Assembly (NCBI GenBank): GCA_032718475.1
Contig: JAUCBJ010002208.1
Coordinates: 1 to 32,800, forward strand
Source: Nemertoderma westbladi
Lineage: Eukaryota > Animalia > Xenacoelomorpha
DNA: 32,800 nt
Direction: 5' to 3'
Numbering within the stretch: the stretch's first letter is position 1; each line of letters starts with the position of its first letter. Positions 1-10,946 of this stretch are shown one piece after another. The notes under the pieces are model-generated. The model made no database searches. It worked only from the letters and a program-made list of their open reading frames with translations, and was not told the origin of the DNA. The position numbers were made by a program, and so were the translations under genes.

Positions 1-2778
1 GTAGAGGGGGGCTACATTGATAGGTTTTGAGCATATATGGCTAAGCCAAAATGATACAATTACAGATACCTATATAGTATGGAGCTCATCTGGACGGGAA
101 ATATATAATGGTAAATAATATTATATGTCCCAAGCACTAGAAATAGTGCTTGGGATATTTTTTAAAACACCTTTCCCTATCAACTTAGCCCCGCAGGTCG
201 GGGCTACTTTGATACCACTTCAGAATCACTTATAAATCAAATTAGCCCATTATATGGGGCTTCTTTGATATCCCTGAAAGTTTTTAAAAAAATAAGTTGG
301 GACATAGTCCTCAAAAAAAGTGATCAAATCTACGTAAAAAACACAAAAAAACCACTTGATATTCTATAAAATTGCAATTAGCACAACACCAAAACATGTT
401 AATAAGTAGTATTAATAATTTTAATAACAACACAATAATGGTTCACAATAACAAAACAAACACTTAAAAATAGTTAAAAATTAAAAACAACAAATCAAAA
501 CTATTAAAACAATTAAAAAAAAACACTTAAACTGTGAAAGAATACAACACTTTAATAAAAAATATTTAAAAGGATAAACAGGTGAAGTTTCTATTCTTCA
601 ATTACAATAGAAGCAGAATCGTTCTCTATTTCTATCTCTAAGTCTCTCATGATTATATCCCCATAGTTATTGTCATCCCCAATGTAATTATCCAATGACT
701 CATGTCCAATGTCATCAAAATACTCAGCAGTGTTATCACTGTAGTCATCTTCCTCGACCTCATCCGAATTGTCACAATCTCTCATCTCTAACTCACTGTC
801 AATAGCATTGTCAGTATCACTATCTTCAGAATTATCCAGTACTTCAGCAAGGTCATTAGGATAATCACTTCCAATGTCAATCAGTTGTTCAATGTTAATT
901 TCATCAATCTTACAGCCATTGCAAAACCACTTCTCCTTGTTACTATATTCGGATTCTTCCACACAGTCTCCACAGAACCACATATTGCATCCATCGCATT
1001 GCACCCACTGCTTCCTTGTATTCTTTCTATAACCCTTCGCACATTGCTTGCATTTATTGCTTTCCTTCTTTCTTATCTTTTCTTGTTTTTTGGCTAGCAG
1101 CTGGGTTGATGACATGGCCATCCCAGGCGTTGTTGGACCATCTTGCCCACCAACAGGGGCGTTACAATCTCCTTGGAGGAGTTCCATAACAGCTGCACTC
1201 AAACATATATTTAGATCATCATCATCTTGAGGGATATCCTTGAGTACTTGTCTCCGATCCACAGGATATAACCCAGTTGTTTTAAATCCTGCCTCTAGAT
1301 TCTTGCTCCTATGCTGCTCATCAACAACTCGTTCTTTGAGACGTGTCAGAAGCATGGGCACTTGCGTTTTTGGAATCGCTACAGGTGGTTTCTTGCCATT
1401 CCTTCCCTTCCTGGTGATTTTCACAGATTCAATACGCCACTTGGTTAGTATTGCCCGCCAAGCTGTCTTCAGAGGTCTGAAAAAGGCCACATCCAAGGGT
1501 TGTAGTATGTGAGTGGCATTAGGAACAAGAGGAATATAACTAATATTATTTGATTCGCAGCTAAGAACAACTTTAATAGAGAGGTGGCTAGACAGATTAT
1601 CACCAATAAGAATTTTTTTCCCATTCAGTTTATTGGCAGCTGGTAGAAATACCTCGAAGTACCACCTTTCAAAAGTTGCCATATCGAACCATCCTGATTC
1701 TGTTGCATCGTAAATTGTGCCGGATGGCCCCCCTATTCCCCATTCCGGATCGTATCTTCCAGCTTTATATATCACCATAAGAGGCAATAAATTACCATCC
1801 GCAGACCCACTGAACATAAGAGAGACCGCCTGTTTTGATTTTGAGATAATACGCTCCACACGTTTCAAACCACGCTTGCAGATAACCCTTTTGTCCCCAG
1901 GCTGGTTGCTCACATTGGTTTCATCAAAATTGAAAATGTTAGATGGTGGAATCACATCTGTTACTTCAGCTTCGTAATTGTTAAAGAAGGCATTAAGTTG
2001 CTTCTCGCCAACCTCTGCCCTTGCGGGAGTAACATTGTCTGCGATGCGTTTGGTTAGCTTGTGTCTAACAAGGAACATCTCAAGCCAATCGCGTCCTGGA
2101 AGGTTTGTCTCGGGTCCTGCTTGAGTCCTTGCTGAGTTAAATTCTTTCACTACTTTCCCTGCATTATTTAGCATGTTTTGGACCATCATACGGACTTCAA
2201 TCCCTTCAATTGGTTTTCTCCAACGAGCTAAGATATTTATGGCCTGTACAACTTTCACTTCCTCTTCATTAGTCATTGCTGTAGGATGACCAGCTAATCC
2301 CTCATGGTGCTTATTAATTCTATTCCACAGTGTCCCATAGGGTATTTTCAGCTTTTCACTTACACATTTAATACTTTCTCCATGTTCTTTAACTCGGCGA
2401 ATTGCATTATTGAGAGTTTTATTACCATAGTTTCGATAATTCCGTGCCCCTCGTTGTCTTTTATAGTGCCGAACCATACCGGAAGTGCCCAGAATTCAGT
2501 TATTCAGTTATTATATTTTGTACATAGAATAGGCCTATATCTTTAACAGTACAAGAAAGTACCGATACTAAATTAAGGCTGTAAGGTTGTTTAGGTGTAA
2601 TGACAGAATGATATCTGGTAGAAAGATATTATATTGTTGACTGTAGGCCTACCGCTACCGGTTCTGTACTGGAGTGCTGTTTATCTTATCATTAAGGTAC
2701 AGTATTTGTGTCAAATATCAAAGAAGCCCCAGTGAAATCAAAGTAACCCCAGGGTATCAAAGTAGCCCCCTTCTACGG
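1..2778 (-). mobile_element. pogo-superfamily (Fot/Passer-like, DD35D) DNA transposon, apparently full length; window starts about 2 bp inside the left TIR
   Basis: Left end GTAGAGGGGGGCTACATTGATA (1-22) matches the reverse complement of 2755-2776 at 20/22. The right end is ...CTACGG followed by TA (2779-2780), the expected TSD. Motif GGGGCT(A/T)CTTTGATA recurs subterminally at about 178-192, 200-214, 256-270, 2716-2731 and 2737-2751. Confidence 0.92.
591..2477 (-). CDS. pogo/CENP-B-type transposase, 628 aa: N-terminal HTH (psq/CENP-B-like), DDE_1 catalytic domain, PHD-like zinc finger, acidic tail
   Basis: Uninterrupted ORF with LKIPYGTLWNR HTH, PGRDWLEMFLVRH, NIFNFDETN, SGWFD, IGDNLSSH and THILQPLDVAFF; 35 residues between the 2nd and 3rd Asp. 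C-terminal CxxC..WVQCDGCNMWFCGDC..WFCNGC is followed by a D/E-rich tail. Confidence 0.95.
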   Translation of the reverse strand: MVRHYKRQRGARNYRNYGNKTLNNAIRRVKEHGESIKCVSEKLKIPYGTLWNRINKHHEGLAGHPTAMTNEEEVKVVQAINILARWRKPIEGIEVRMMVQNMLNNAGKVVKEFNSARTQAGPETNLPGRDWLEMFLVRHKLTKRIADNVTPARAEVGEKQLNAFFNNYEAEVTDVIPPSNIFNFDETNVSNQPGDKRVICKRGLKRVERIISKSKQAVSLMFSGSADGNLLPLMVIYKAGRYDPEWGIGGPSGTIYDATESGWFDMATFERWYFEVFLPAANKLNGKKILIGDNLSSHLSIKVVLSCESNNISYIPLVPNATHILQPLDVAFFRPLKTAWRAILTKWRIESVKITRKGRNGKKPPVAIPKTQVPMLLTRLKERVVDEQHRSKNLEAGFKTTGLYPVDRRQVLKDIPQDDDDLNICLSAAVMELLQGDCNAPVGGQDGPTTPGMAMSSTQLLAKKQEKIRKKESNKCKQCAKGYRKNTRKQWVQCDGCNMWFCGDCVEESEYSNKEKWFCNGCKIDEINIEQLIDIGSDYPNDLAEVLDNSEDSDTDNAIDSELEMRDCDNSDEVEEDDYSDNTAEYFDDIGHESLDNYIGDDNNYGDIIMRDLEIEIENDSASIVIEE

Positions 2779-3316
2779 TACTGTAGTACAGCTTCAATAT
2801 CAAGTATAATCTGATGCAGTATTTACTTAAAGTCAATGACTGACTGACTGTACTGCAGTACTGGTACTGCCCAGCTGGCTGACTAGCAGACTATTACAGA
2901 TAGGCCCTACTTTAAAAAATTGTAAATGCTATGATCAGATGATTGTACACTGTCAGTTGTCAGACTGTACCACTGCAGCCATTTACTGCTGTCATGCCAG
3001 CATACTGCTGTACTGTACTGCAGTACTGGTACACGTACGGTAGGCTACCTACAGTACACACCTCTACCACAGTTAGACAGTTAGCGAGTTAGGTACTGTA
3101 GGTAATTTTTAGCCGTCAGCGTCAGGCCGTCGCCGTCAGCGTCAGGCCGTCTGTCCGTGATAAATTAATTACTTAAATTTTAAATTGAAAATTCGTAAAT
3201 CTATAAATTATGAAATTAATTAGACCTACAGTATGATTGATTATGAGCGATTGGCGAATGATAACCATACTTTATTTTTTTTAAATAAATAATTAAATTT
3301 TTAAAATTTTTGAAAA

Positions 3317-3399
3317 ACTCCGGCTCCTGCTCCGGCTCCGGCCAAATTGTCCAACTCCGGCTCCTGCTCCGGCCAAATCCCAAATCCGATCGAGCCCTA
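3317..3399. mobile_element. single end of a probable hAT-type element (TAGGG terminus with GGAGCC/GGAGCA subterminal repeats)
   Basis: Reverse complement reads TAGGGCTCGATCGGATTTGGGATTTGGCCGGAGCAGGAGCCGGAG...; repeated CTCCGG/CTCCTG units. The partner end and TSD were not found. Confidence 0.45.
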
Positions 3400-3479
3400 C
3401 CTAGCTGCCTAGCTTTGGAAATACTGAAATATGGAATTGGAATCCATTCAGCCATTACTTGTATAGGGCTCTAGTATCC

Positions 3480-3697
3480 CTCCACCAGCAGCTCAAATCG
3501 CAATTGAATCCGATCTGGTCTCAAACAATATTCAAGATGCCTCCTTTGACAGTTTGATGAGTCCATTAATCAGATCGTGAATGACCTCAGAGTTTTACAG
3601 AACGATGCAACCCTTCCTATTATTTCACCAGAAACAATCAGAAAATCAATTTCTAGTTTAGGTAAAGGCAAATCTCCAGACGCATACTCGCTTGTAG
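3480..3697 (+). pseudogene. non-LTR retrotransposon (LINE) ORF2 fragment, part 1 (upstream of RT)
   Basis: Translates IISPETIRKSISSLGKGKSPDAYSLV, which joins in frame to VEHFLLL... at 10946 once the insert and one TGTAG are removed. The start coordinate is approximate. Confidence 0.85.
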
Positions 3698-6457
3698 CAG
3701 TCAGGGAGATCATCAATTTTGGGGTTACCCCAAATTTCGAATTCTGGTAATAGACTGTCGAAAATTGGGGTTTTTTGTTCAAATTTGAGGTATTTTTAGG
3801 CTCATAATATCGAGTGTTGCTGCGACTTAGGGAAACTATTGGAGCAACTTCTACTTTTAATATGTTAAAATATAATGTAAAATAAGAACTTTTATCGATG
3901 CAATAAAATATTTCACCGATGCAAACATGCTTTTATTGGGGGCGAAAATTGAAATTTGAGGTTAAACCTCAAATTTGAGACAAAACCTCAAATTTCGCCA
4001 GCCTTTACAACATCACCAGCCTGTCAGCAGTAGGGTGTAGCAGTAGGCTTTGCTGCTTAGTGCTTATAGAGCTTGGTGAGAATGGGTGACCAGTGTAACC
4101 TGTGACATGACATGTATGCAGGGTAGGCTTAACCTTACAGCACAGCACAGTAACTTACAGTCAATAACTTTAATGATTGTTAACTCCGTTAGTGATTGGT
4201 GAGAAAAATGCAGAAGACTAGAGAAATTCTCTATCCTTACAGCCTTACTGTTGGTAAGAAGAACAGTAGACCAAATCCTCACTGTTGCGAGATTCAAGCT
4301 CACACAGCTGCACAGTCACAGACTCAGGAAGACCTACTATATCTTGTGGATGTTGAATCAATTCCAGAATTTGGAAGTTTACATATTCTGGCATTCATCT
4401 GTTCTGTTCATCATTCATATCACACATCTTCGGAAAAAAATATGTTTTCTGGTTGTTGATGTCCTCTTTAACACTTTGTTTATCAAATGAAGCCATTCCT
4501 CTCCTGATAGCCTGAAGACTTATGTAATATTCGCCTGTCCTAGCTCTATCTGTCAATTGGAATACTGTACCATCAGTTTGGAGCCCAGACAAATGTTGCC
4601 GCAAAGGTTGACAGGTTGACGTGGTTTATACAATATATGTGGACTTGATTCTTTTGTTAGTTATTCTATATGACTGGCAACTGGAGACTCTAAAGTTGGA
4701 ACCACCACCTACTGCAGTATACAATAATACATCAATTAAAGTTCAATTTGATAATGTGCTTTAAACTTATATGTAAAGATCTAAACCTGATCCTCCATTA
4801 CAACAATGTGCAACATAATATCCCAGCCAGACATCCAATGCAATCATGACCTGGCCATATATATAAAATTATGAAGCAAAGGCCAAGCCCCGCCCATCTG
4901 CCCATGCTGCCATGTCTGGGTCTGCTTTTTCCATACATCACCTCTTCGGGTTTGACTAAATACGCCACCGACAACCACCGACACCTTTCGCATACCACCG
5001 ACAACCACCGACAACAAAAGACATAAACCGACACAAACCGACAGGTAAGATCGCAAACCGACAGTATACCGACAACTTCGGCAATGTTAGTAAACTATTT
5101 CAGTACATGATTATACAATTTTTATTTCCAGTCCAAATATTTATAACAAAGTATATTGTCCACTGTCGGCCTGTTGTCGGTGGTGTAATTAGTCATGATA
5201 ATTTCTTTAAAATATAATACCGCCTTCATATATTATCTTGTTTTAAATTATTATATTGCATAGCGTAATGGTAAAAATCGTTAGTGTTTTTCATATGTCG
5301 GTGTGTTGCTATTATTATTAGTTTTTGTCGGTGGTAGTCAGACTGTTGTCGGTGGTAGTCAGACTGTTGTCGGTGCTGCGGTGGTAGTCAGACTGTTGTC
5401 AGTGGTATATTTCTGCGGTATCCGTTCTTAAACTTGGACATACAGTACAGTGCGATAGGCCCCTACAATGCCGAAATTTATTACTTTACATACAGCTGCA
5501 CATTGTGTGACGTAATTGGTATTTACCTAAATGACGTAAAGTAAAGTGAAGGAAGGAAACAAGAAGCAACGGAAACTCGTTTCTCTCTTGGATGTTACCG
5601 GAAAAGAATGGTTGCCCAACACAATCTCCCAAGGATGACCACTTCATAACTATTCAACCTTTTCTGTATCCCCATAAGCCAGGCGGCATATTGTACTGTT
5701 GGATTTGTTAACATAAGACTTTGCCTTAACTGGCTTTAAAATCTGACTAAATACTACACCGACAACCACCGACACCTTTCGGATACCACCGACAACAAAA
5801 GACACAAACCGACAGGTAAGATCGCAAACCGACAGTATACCGACAGCTTCGGCAATGTTAGTAAACTTTTTTAGTAGGTACATGATTATACAATTTTTTT
5901 TTCCAGTCCAAATATTTATAACAAAGTATATTGTCCACTGTCGGCCTGTTGTCGGTGGTGTAATTAGTCATGATAATTTCTTTAAAATATAATACCGCCT
6001 TCATATATTATCTGTTTTGAATTATTATATTGCATAGCGTAATGGTAAAAATCGTTAGTGTTTTTCATATGTCGGTGTGTTGCTAGTATTATTAGTTTTT
6101 GTCGGTGGTAGTCAGACTGTTGTCGGTGGTAGTCAGACTATTGTCGGTGGTATATTTCTGCGGTATCAGTTCCTATACTCTAACATACAGTACAGTGCAA
6201 TACAATTCCGAAATTTATTACTTTACTTTACATACAGCTGCACATAGTGTGACGTAACTGGCATTTACCTAAATGACGTAAAGTAAAGTGAAGGAAGGAA
6301 ACAAGAAGTAACGGAAGCTCCTTTCTCTCTTGGATGTTACCGGAAAAGAATGGTTGCCCAACACAATCTCCCAAGGATGACCACTTCATAACTATTCAAC
6401 CCATTATGTATCCGTATCCCCATAAGCCAGGCGGCTTATTGTACTGTTGGATTTGTG

Positions 6458-6966
6458 ATGTTACGTTTTTTCATAGCTCTTAGTGTTTTCGAGTTACGAC
6501 GCTAATTAGTTTTCGGCTAATTAGTACCGGTACTAATTAACAGTAATAGGAGGGCCATAGCGATGACTGAACTTTTTTTAGATCTTGCCGAGATGAACAA
6601 AAAAAAAACACCGTTGCTAGGGGAAAAACCAAATACTTTTCGAGAAAAATCAATTAGAAATCTTTAATCGCTAATTACTAATTAATTAAATAACAGATTT
6701 TTTCCACAAAAACTCCTAGCTATCGCGCTAAGGCCATCTACCAGATCGCGCAAACAGAATCGTTCTAGCTATTGCCATTCTCCTGGAAAAATCCTTTAAA
6801 AATCGACCTAAAAAAGATCAAAGCAAAGTGCCTACTTCCCAGGGGGTACACCATAATGCTATCTTATGAGGTTTTACTTTGGTGTTTATGTTGGTTTCTC
6901 ATGTTCCATTAAATAGGCTGCATTATTTATTCCTCATAAGACTCTGTCGAGCCTCGGGCTCTCCAG
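6458..6966 (-). mobile_element. probable truncated Helentron-associated (HINE/DINE-like) element within the MULE spacer
   Basis: Abruptly interrupts the MULE left arm at about 6457. It has a terminal small hairpin GAGCC-TCG-GGCTC, an inverted pair TCTTATGAGG / CCTCATAAGA, and the TTTTCGAGTTA / TTTTCGAGAAA motifs typical of such repeats. Confidence 0.35.
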
Positions 6967-7104
6967 TGGCAGTTGGTTGTCGGTTTGAGGGTAAAAAGCG
7001 GAAACAAAAAGCTACATTAGCAATAATTTTTAAAGCCAGTTACGGCAAAGTCTTTACAGTAGCACATAAATGGACACTTTAGACCTTAGTCATTAATTAT
7101 GTCA

Positions 7105-7440
7105 AGTACACTGTATAGTACAATGAAAACATCTCCAATAATACACTATAAAAAATTGGAAGTGTCTCTATAGTCCCCCAAAGCTTGACACTTGAACGTA
7201 AGCGTCTCCGCTTTGCAGGATATTGCTTTCGCCGTGAGGACCAGCCAGTGCATAATCTTGTGCTTTGACGGCCTCATGGAGTGAATAGCCATGGTGGACA
7301 GCCCATGATTTTCTTGAGACGCATCTTAAAGGACACTGGCCTTGAAGATGCGGAAGATCTAGCAAATGTCATGGTTGGTATGTTTGTCGACAAGACGTCA
7401 TATCATTCTTAATATAGATGTATATATGCAACATTCCACT
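7105..7440 (+). pseudogene. short 3' fragment of the RTE LINE family
   Basis: Aligns to the reverse complement of about 29800-30145; translates PSLTLERKRLRFAGYCFRRE..RRILKDTGLED. Confidence 0.85.
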
Positions 7441-9998
7441 ACTGGTACTGAACTAACTGTGGTATATTGTGTTCAATAATATCCGAAACCAGGTGGTTTA
7501 TAGAAGTATAAAGTCAATTTAGTACTACTCTTCATTATAAGCCTCGTTGTGCTCGACCTGTTTTGTCATAAAATATTTTTTCTACGCAGACGACGACCTT
7601 TATAACTATGAGAAGTCTCGAAACTGTGCAAGTAACTGCTGATTTATGGCAGATGGATACATACATAGATAGATACATGAGACAATAAGTTTTGACAAAA
7701 TACTCACCCCGCCTGTATGTACTGTATACATGCAGGTTCGTTATTACAGTTATGTAGAATTAATTTAATTTTGGAAAACTGGTATATCTGTAAACTAATA
7801 TATAATTTAATGAATCAATCTTCCAATCGATCAATATTATTTTCCACCAACTCATCAATCAATACACCAATATGGGTAGATAAAGTAATAAGTAAAAAAG
7901 TCACACATAACAGCATAATATCTTATACAATAGGCTATATTGCGCCTCTGCATTCTCACGGGCTGGGCACCGTTTTTTGTTTCGGTTGCGCAAATTCCAT
8001 ACAGTAAATGCCAACACGAAAACAAAAAGCTGCATTAGCAATAAATTTTAAAGCCAGTTAAGGCAAAGTCTTAGGTTAACAAATCCAAAAGTACAATATG
8101 TCGCCTGGCTTATGGGGATACAGAAAAGGTTGAATAGTTATGAAGAGGTCATCCTTGGGAGATTGTGTTGCGCAACCATTCTTTTCCGGTAACATCCAAG
8201 AGAGAAAGGAGCTTCCGTTACTTCTTGTTTCCTTCCTTCACTTTACTTTACGTCATTTAGGTAAATACCAATTACGTCACACAATGTGCAGGTGTATGTA
8301 AAGTAATAAATTTCGGCAGTGTATTGCACTGTACTGTATGTTAGAGTATAGGAACTGATACCGCAGAAATATACCACCGACAATAGTCTGACTACCACCG
8401 ACAAAAACTAATAATACTAGCAACACACCGACATATGAAAAACACTAACGATTTTTACCAAAATTACGCTATGCAATATAATAATTTAAAACAGATATGA
8501 AGGCGGTATTATATTTTAAAGAAATTATCATGACTAATTACACCACCGACAACAGGCCGACAGTGGACAATATACTTTGTTATAAATATTTGGACTGGAA
8601 ATAAAAATTGTATAATCATGTACTGAAATAGTTTACTAACATTGCCGTAGCTGTCGGTATACTGTCTGTTTGCGATTTTACCTGTCGGTTTGTGTCGGTT
8701 TGTGTCTTTTGTTGTCGGTGGTATGCGAAAGGTGTCGGTGGTTGTCGGTGTAGTATTTAGTCAAATTTTAAAGCCAGTTAAGGCAAAGTCTTATGTTAAC
8801 AAATCCAACAGTACAATATGCCGCCTGGCTTATGGGGATACAGAAAAGGTTGAATAGTTATGAAGTGGTCATCCTTGGGAGATTGTGTTGGGCAACCATT
8901 CTTTTCCGGTAACATCCAAGAGAGAAACGAGTTTCCGTTGCTTCTTGTCCTTCCTTCCTTCACTTTACTTTACGTCATTTAGGTAAATACCAATTACGTC
9001 ACACAATGTGCAGCTGTATGTAAAGTAATAAATTTCGGCATTGTAGGGGCCTATCGCACTGTACTGTATGTCCAATTGTCCAAGTTTAAGAACGGATACC
9101 GCAGCAATATACCACTGACAAATGTCTGACTACCACCGACAACAGTCTGACTACCACCGACAAAAACTAATAATAATAGCAACACACCGACATATGAAAA
9201 ACACTAACGATTTTTACCATTACGTTATGCAATATAATAATTTAAAACAAGATAATATATGAAGGCGGTATTATATTTTAAAGAAGTTATCATGACTAAT
9301 TACACCACCGACAACAGGCCGACAGTGGACAATATACTTTGTTATAAATATTTGGACTGGAAATAAAAATTGTATATTCATGTACTGAAATAGTTTACTA
9401 ACATTGCCGAAGTTGTCGGTATACTGTCGGTTTGCGATCTTACCTGTCGGTTTGTGTCGGTTTGTGTCTTTTGTTGTCGGTGGTATGCGAAAGGTGTCGG
9501 TGGTTGTCGGTGGCGTATTTAGTCAAACCCCACCTCTTCTTTATCAGGGTCATTAACATATGGAACATGCTGGACCTGGAACACAGTAGAAACATCATCA
9601 TCTCATCACTAATCGCTAGTCTTTTAAACAGTCTTTAGACTCTGCTTTCTTATCAAGACATCTGAAATGTTTTAGAAATCTAAGTGACTGTTTGTTTATA
9701 GGCCTACTATACATACATAAATCCTTATAAATTGACCTTATGAGGAACCAGAATCATTTATAACTTGGGCAAAAAGTATAACCTTTTTCACCAACCTATT
9801 CTCGAGGCTTTATCTCATTTCTGGAGTAAACCTTGCAGGCACTAAAGTTGCATTGCAATAGTCGATAGTGTGTAGGGATGGATTTTGCTTTTTATTCCAA
9901 AATTTTAACATTACGAAATGATTGTACATATACATTTCGATCAAAAATTTTGATCAACACTTTCAATGAAATTTTAGAAATTCCACCAAAAATATTTT

Positions 9999-10263
9999 GG
10001 CACTTGTGTCAAATCAAATAGATGACCCTCCTAATCTGCTAATCCTGAAATCACCAGCTAATGCTGAAATTTAGTGCAGGTGATATCAATATTCCTAACT
10101 CTTGTTTATTGTTTTTTGGTTACTTTCAACTCACCTCTGTAACCTGCTCCTTTGCTAACCCTGTAACCGGACACTAGTGAAAGTGACTTTAGTTTTGGTG
10201 ATTTCAGGATTAGCAGAATAGGGGCTAGGAGGGTCTCCTACAGCCCTATTTGACACAAGTGCC
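9999..10263. mobile_element. 265-bp MITE, Merlin-like ends (GGCAC), 8-bp TSD
   Basis: TIR GGCACTTGTGTCAAAT / ATTTGACACAAGTGCC; inner inverted repeat CTGCTAATCCTGAAATCACCA / TGGTGATTTCAGGATTAGCAG; flanks AATATTTT / AATGTTTT (7/8). The superfamily is inferred from the ends only. Confidence 0.8.
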
Positions 10264-10946
10264 AATGTTTTATTTTACTTTTTTTACCGGGAGAAAAAGT
10301 AAAATCAATGCAAAATTATGGCTCTATGGTGCATTATTATGTGGCAATATTATTCAATATTATTGCAGGTTGCTGTGTTGCCGACTTTGCAAAAGCTGTG
10401 CCCAACAAAAAGTTACAATATTCAGATATTACGGGGACAACTTTTTCCCTACTAGTGGGGAAAAAAAGTAGGCCTACTACTTTTTCTCCCGATTTTAGGG
10501 CATATTCAAGCAAAAAAGTAACAATATAAAAATATAAGTTCTTTAAGCTCTGTACTTCGTTTTATATGTCTACCATCTGATCAGCCACCCCACTGCACCC
10601 CTACCAGTAGCCTTTTTAAGTATAAGCCTTTTTAAACTAATACTGAATATGTTTTAATTTTAAATATTATATTTCACAACACTTAGACTGTTAGACACTA
10701 CCCTAGGCCTACATCAGTTTATTTTTTTACCTTTGCAATACAGTAACAAGCTAACAACTACTGAACTAGGGCAACTATGACTTCTGTCTGTATCTGACTA
10801 TGCTGCTATGAAATTCAAATTTGGGGTATAACTCAAATTTAGAGAATTAACCTAACCTTGTATTAAAATTGAGGTAATTCCAAAATTGGGTCTATAATTT
10901 GAAATTTGAGGTATTCTCAAATTTGATGATCTCCCTGACTGTGTAG

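Larger units (their letters stand above)
4948..9530. mobile_element. foldback-type Mutator-like element (MULE), non-autonomous, ~1.5-kb inverted arms, 9-bp TSD
   Basis: Ends GGGTTTGACTAAATACGCCACCGAC... / ...GTCGGTGGCGTATTTAGTCAAACCC; CACCTCTTC at 4939-4947 and 9531-9539. Arms at about 4948-6457 and 8045-9530 each consist of two ~0.75-0.8-kb units rich in ACCGACA/TGTCGGT. Confidence 0.93.
4290..9850 (-). pseudogene. degraded hAT transposase relics (about 9700-9850, 9531-9660, 4290-4938), interrupted by the MULE
   Basis: Minus-strand pieces read RLVKKVILFAQVINDSGSS*GQF, then RLVM/DVST/RSSMFHMLMTLIKKR (cf. hAT L..DVxTRWNS..ML..L), then LESPVASHIE*LTKESSP. Stops and frameshifts have to be assumed. 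Confidence 0.55.
3698..10941 (-). mobile_element. non-autonomous hAT-like DNA transposon with CAGTCAGGG termini and 5-bp TSD (TGTAG); carries nested inserts
   Basis: Perfect 19-bp TIR CAGTCAGGGAGATCATCAA (3698-3716 / 10923-10941); TGTAG at 3693-3697 and 10942-10946; removal restores the LINE frame. Palindromic subterminal repeats AAATTTGAGGT..ACCTCAAATTT occur at both ends. Confidence 0.92.

Noticed and set aside
885-2546. Several short + strand ORFs
   Set aside because: They are antisense shadows of the transposase and show no recognisable motifs.
7174-7377. RTE fragment looking like an exon (TAG| ... |GTATGT)
   Set aside because: Homology to the RTE continues beyond both apparent splice sites, so the borders are coincidental.
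4798-9638. Short ORFs such as MRSYLSVCVGLCLLLSVV in the MULE arms
   Set aside because: They are translations of TGTCGGT repeats; no MULE transposase motif is visible.
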